Positions 58,744-64,000 of a stretch of 64,000 bases of DNA are shown piece after piece. Below the pieces are notes generated by a model. It was not told where the DNA came from. It did no database searches and was given only the letters and a program-made list of their open reading frames with translations. The position numbers and the translations under genes are program-made. Position 1 is the stretch's first letter, and every line of letters begins with the position of its first letter. The DNA is from Eledone cirrhosa (taxonomy: Eukaryota): positions 25,358,001 through 25,422,000 of the forward strand of contig OZ024759.1 in the NCBI GenBank assembly GCA_964016885.1, read 5' to 3'.

Positions 58744-59435
58744 GTATTTATATGTGCGTGGTTTTGTATACCTATGGTAAGTGTTTTCGCGTATGCTTGT
58801 GTATGTACGTATTTGTATGCGTGTATGTATTTATTTAATTTCTATTACCTCTGTATTGTATTTATTTACTTTATTCTTAACTCTGAAGCGGAGATTCATT
58901 CGGTCTCCTAGTTAGAATTTTAGTCTACGACTTCTGCTATACCATTTACGTGGTTTTGTCTTTGCGTGCAATTGTTCTCCACGCTCCACATATGACGTAT
59001 TATCTTCGTTTTTTTCGTTCATTGCCAGAGAACGTCTCTATGAACCACATAAGAGAACATTAGTCTACGACCTCTTTTATACCATAAACGTGGTTCTGTC
59101 TTTGCGCGTAATTGTTTTTCACCGCTTCTATTAATTACGTATTATATTCGTTTTTTCCCGTTCTTTGCCAGGGAACGTTTCCACGAACCAAAGTATCGTC
59201 TCCCTGTCTTCCTCCGGTTGCAACATTTTTTGAAATATCCACTTCTGCGTTTACAGATTGACTTTGTTAGTTTCAGAAGATCCCGTTAAGGGTGAAAGCA
59301 GCGATTCTTTGCTTAAACTTTAATCTGTTATTTTAATAAATATTTGCTCTACGGTTCTTATATATTTGATATATATTTATCCTTATCGAGCCCTCTTTGG
59401 ATTTTAGTCTTCAAATTTATTATTATTACTATATA
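57697..59435 (+). mobile_element. Penelope-like retroelement remnant: RT thumb, GIY-YIG endonuclease (pseudogenised) and 3' pLTR-like sequence
   Basis: FLSLITKHFP/KIFNRNTIKISYS; CNCRNRVDCPLSGKCLSSNIVYKC...AYIGLTANRFK*; HSFR...TSLSAYIWSLK...WEIL...CDLC..E...LNKKSE...CKH (to 58318). Decayed hammerhead motifs lie at 58873-58918 and 59273-59310. Confidence 0.82.
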
Positions 59436-59472
59436 TATGTGAGAAAAACCACAGACCCTCCATCTCAACTCA

Positions 59473-59510
59473 CCTTTTGAAAAGCAGAAGAACTGCGAAA
59501 CCGGTAAAGG
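59473..59510 (+). ncRNA. Minimal hammerhead ribozyme motif with U3-A8 core variant
   Basis: CCTT-TTGAAAA-GCAG aagaa CTGC-GAAA-C CG G-TA-AAGG. All three stems close, stem III is the palindrome ACCGGT, and the triplet is GUA. Confidence 0.68.
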
Positions 59511-59579
59511 AACCAAATAAATATATATATTTAAAAAAAAAATAAGACTTCAGTTGCATTGTCGATTTCATCCCTTTTT

Positions 59580-59664
<85 letters not shown>

Positions 59665-59798
59665 TATATATAAATATATACTAATTTAAGGTATCAAAAC
59701 ATTTATATTATGTATGATACTTGCGTTTCTCAGTAGAAAAGTTTAATGGACATTTGTCCAGAGCATCAATAATTCAAATTTATAGAATATAGTGGTGG

Positions 59799-60005
<207 letters not shown>

Positions 60006-60006
60006 C

Positions 60007-60112
<106 letters not shown>

Positions 60113-60131
60113 ATGTATATATATATGTATG

Positions 60132-60241
<110 letters not shown>

Positions 60242-60277
60242 CATATATATATATGTGTATGTATATATATATGTATG

Positions 60278-60357
<80 letters not shown>

Positions 60358-60421
60358 TATATGTGTATATATATATATATATATATTTATATATGTATAT
60401 ATATATATATGTATATATATG

Positions 60422-60495
<74 letters not shown>

Positions 60496-61290
60496 TGTGT
60501 GAGTATGCCAAGGATAAAAGGAGGCAGGGGTTTGATAGGTAGGTTGTGAAAGCTGTGTCGGCAGAAGAAAACACAATATGGTTTAGTTTATAAGGAATAT
60601 ACCAGAGAATCATTACTGTTGGAAGTGAGACAGATTTGGTTAATATTGACAATTGCTAAGATGAAGTCTAGCACAAAACAGAGAAGAGTGTTTAAATTGT
60701 AAACAACTATTTGTTTATAAGGACATGGTGTTGACTGTGAAGAATGGTGGTGGTGGTGGTGGTTGTGGTGAGTGAGGTAGTTGTGGTGGTTATGCTGGGG
60801 GTGGAGCTGGGTGAGGTTGTGGTGCTGGGTGAGGTGGTCGCCCTGGGTGAAGTGGTAGTGTTGAGTGAGGTGGTGGTGGTAGTGGTGGGAGCTATTCTAA
60901 CACTAACAACAACGGGAAGTCACGTTAGAACCCAGTAAGGATGATGATGATGATGATGATGATCGTGGTGGTGGTGGTGGTGGTGGTGGTGGTGGTGCTT
61001 TGCTGGTGACGTTGCGCTGGAAATGGAAACGGCCATAAATCTGTCACGTGATTGATTGTACATCTTGCTCAATGTTATATTTTGATCACTTATGTCCACA
61101 GATGGCTATACACCGCCCTCGCTCCAAACCCCGGGGGCCCTGCTTATACAAGGCTCGTTTCACGGTTACCTCCACCAAGATCTCTCGTTCTCCAGCCACA
61201 CTACGATAAATAAATACCGGAAGTGAAGCCATTAATCACGTGTTTGTTGCTTCTCTTAAACAAACTCAATTGTCGGAGACATAAGTATAA

Positions 61291-61371
<81 letters not shown>

Positions 61372-62376
61372 TGAGCGAGAGAGAAGGGAGAAAGAGAGGG
61401 TGAGTAAGAGTAAGAGAACGAGGTTCGGAGGTGTTGAAATAATATTGGTATCTGTAATAATGGTGCTGGTGGTTGTGGTGGTTGTGGTGGCGGCAGAGGC
61501 GGTGGTTGTGGTGGTAGTGGTGGCTGTGGTTGTGGTTGAGGTTATGGTGGAGATGATGTAGTTACCACAAAGCCACTTATAACCCCACCTCCTAGTTTTT
61601 GCGGTTCTGAGAAAATTACCAAATTGGTTAGGGACACCATTTTACAAGAATCCTGCTACTGTCATCCATGGTCATCTTCCTGATGTCATCCTCAGCCATC
61701 CTCCTATTTCTTCTAACCACAACTGAAAGCTACCAATAATACTTGCATCCTTCTACTATGTTCTTAATTTCATCATCATCTTTTCTGTACAAGCAATCAT
61801 ACCACATCGTCCTTACCGTGGGGTAACAAGGGACGGGGTAAGGCCATTGTTAGAGGGGCCTGTTCGAAAAATATGATGCAGTCTCCATCTAACGCTGCAA
61901 GAACTGGTGATGGGTCTGTGGCCTGTAAAATCTGTTGGGAAGCGTGTGATGGGCGCAGTGCTGAATCTAGGATAAATGAGGCCCTGTGCTAATTAAGTTA
62001 TGAACGTTTGACATTTGATAAACATTTGAAAAATTAATTGTAAACATTTTTTGGGGGCAGAAATATGGGCACCCCTGGCCCAACTAAGCCCAACTAAGCA
62101 CAATCGTAAATCCGGCACTGGATGGACGTAGAAAGGTTGCACGTCCTGAAACCCTAAAAAGGGTTCAGAAGGGAAGAAACGTTAAGAATTCGCTACTGGA
62201 ACATTGCAACCCTAATAGGAGGGATAGGTAAAGCGTAGGGACTTGTGGGGAAAGCCAGATGTTTCTGGCAAGATATACAGTAGGGGTTTCTTCTACAACC
62301 TTCCGTGGCTCTGGTACTGTAGATGTGAATTTTTTCCCTGTTTTGAAAATAGGTCAGAACGTTTTAATCCCTCCTT

Positions 62377-62435
<59 letters not shown>

Positions 62436-62485
62436 AGGTATAGAAAATATTGTAGCAGAAAGCCATACATATATATGTGTATATA

Positions 62486-62586
<101 letters not shown>

Positions 62587-62595
62587 GTATATATG

Positions 62596-62666
<71 letters not shown>

Positions 62667-62898
62667 ATGTATATGTATATATGTATATATATATATGTGT
62701 GTATGTATATGTATATATGTATATATATATATGTATATATATATGTATATATATACATTATGTGTATGTATATATATATATATGTACATATATACATATA
62801 TATGTGTGTTTGTGTTTGTGGGTGTATCTGTATGAATGTATGTATGAATATGTATATGCATGTATGTGTATGTATATATGTATATATATATATATATA

Positions 62899-63010
<112 letters not shown>

Positions 63011-63568
63011 CCAGCACTCTTTTATGCTCTAGTGTTTTTTATTACCTAAGAGAATAGCTGAGTTGATTGTGGCGCATTAGTTGAAGTTGAGGGCCAAACG
63101 AATCAGGACTCCCATTCGTTGACTTTCACATCCCAAACGTTAAAGATCGTTTCTCTAGCTGATAGCAACAACGAATTAATAACAAATCCGTTGGCCCGAT
63201 CTTATCTGCTGTAATTAAATTTATTAGAACACGACAACACATCTAGCCTTATAACTCATGTCTACACTTTTCCCCTACACTAGCATTTCTTTCCTTAGCT
63301 TTCTTTCTTTCTTTCTTTCTTCTTTTTTTCTTTCCACCTCACTCTTTCTTTCTCTCTCTCTTTCTTTCTCTTTCTTTTCCCTCTCTTTCTTTTTCTTTCT
63401 CTTTCTTTTTCCCTCTCTCACTTTTTTCTTTCTTTCTTTCTTTTTCTTTCTTTCTTATTTTCTTTCTTTCTTTCTTATATATATGTTTTAGTCGCTGATT
63501 ATTACCACTTTTATTTGTTTGTTTCTTTCATTTTATTACTACCATTATCATTTTTGTTGTTGTTGTTG

Positions 63569-63618
<50 letters not shown>

Positions 63619-63942
63619 TATTATTGTTGTTGTTGTTGTTGTTTATTATTATTTCTATCGCTGTGTTTTCTATGTCGAAAATTATGTTCAACAGATGGGA
63701 AAAAAAAGAAAAAAGAGAAAAAAAGAGAGAAAAGGGAGAGAAAGGAAAGAGCTAAGTTGTAGTTAGACATTAATATCGTAGAGATCGGCTGAAATTTGGG
63801 GGAAGAAAGATTTTTCATCAAAATGTCAAAACTCAAAATGGCGGCTTCTCCTTCTTCTCCTTCTTATTCTCATGTTTGTGTCGTTGATACAATCAACAGC
63901 GTTCTATGTGGTTTGCACCAATACACATACATGCTCTCTCAC

Positions 63943-64000
<58 letters not shown>

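Overview
Eukaryotic (metazoan) genomic DNA. It is AT-rich and loaded with (AT)n/(AC)n microsatellites, tRNA-derived SINEs and RTE LINEs, a landscape that suggests a coleoid cephalopod such as Octopus (inference only). The one complete gene is a 17-exon mitochondrial HSP70 (mortalin/HSPA9) on the + strand (ATG 21930 to TAA 39943, 677 aa). Its promoter has a perfect heat-shock element and an NRF-1-like site. A candidate first coding exon on the - strand (10794-10665) resembles the start of the TRFH domain of telomere repeat-binding factors. Between these divergent starts lie a 6.4-kb array of a 15-bp TTAGG-containing repeat with an internal 1-kb inversion and a 1.5-kb purine tract. Bases 1-6498 are a ~0.9-kb satellite with an A/B higher-order structure and a polarity switch. 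The 43-60 kb microsatellite region holds a Penelope-like retroelement remnant (GIY-YIG) and several minimal hammerhead ribozyme motifs. Several of these sit in short fold-back palindromes whose axis lies at or just upstream of the ribozyme core. Nearly all ORFs in the supplied track are low-complexity artefacts.
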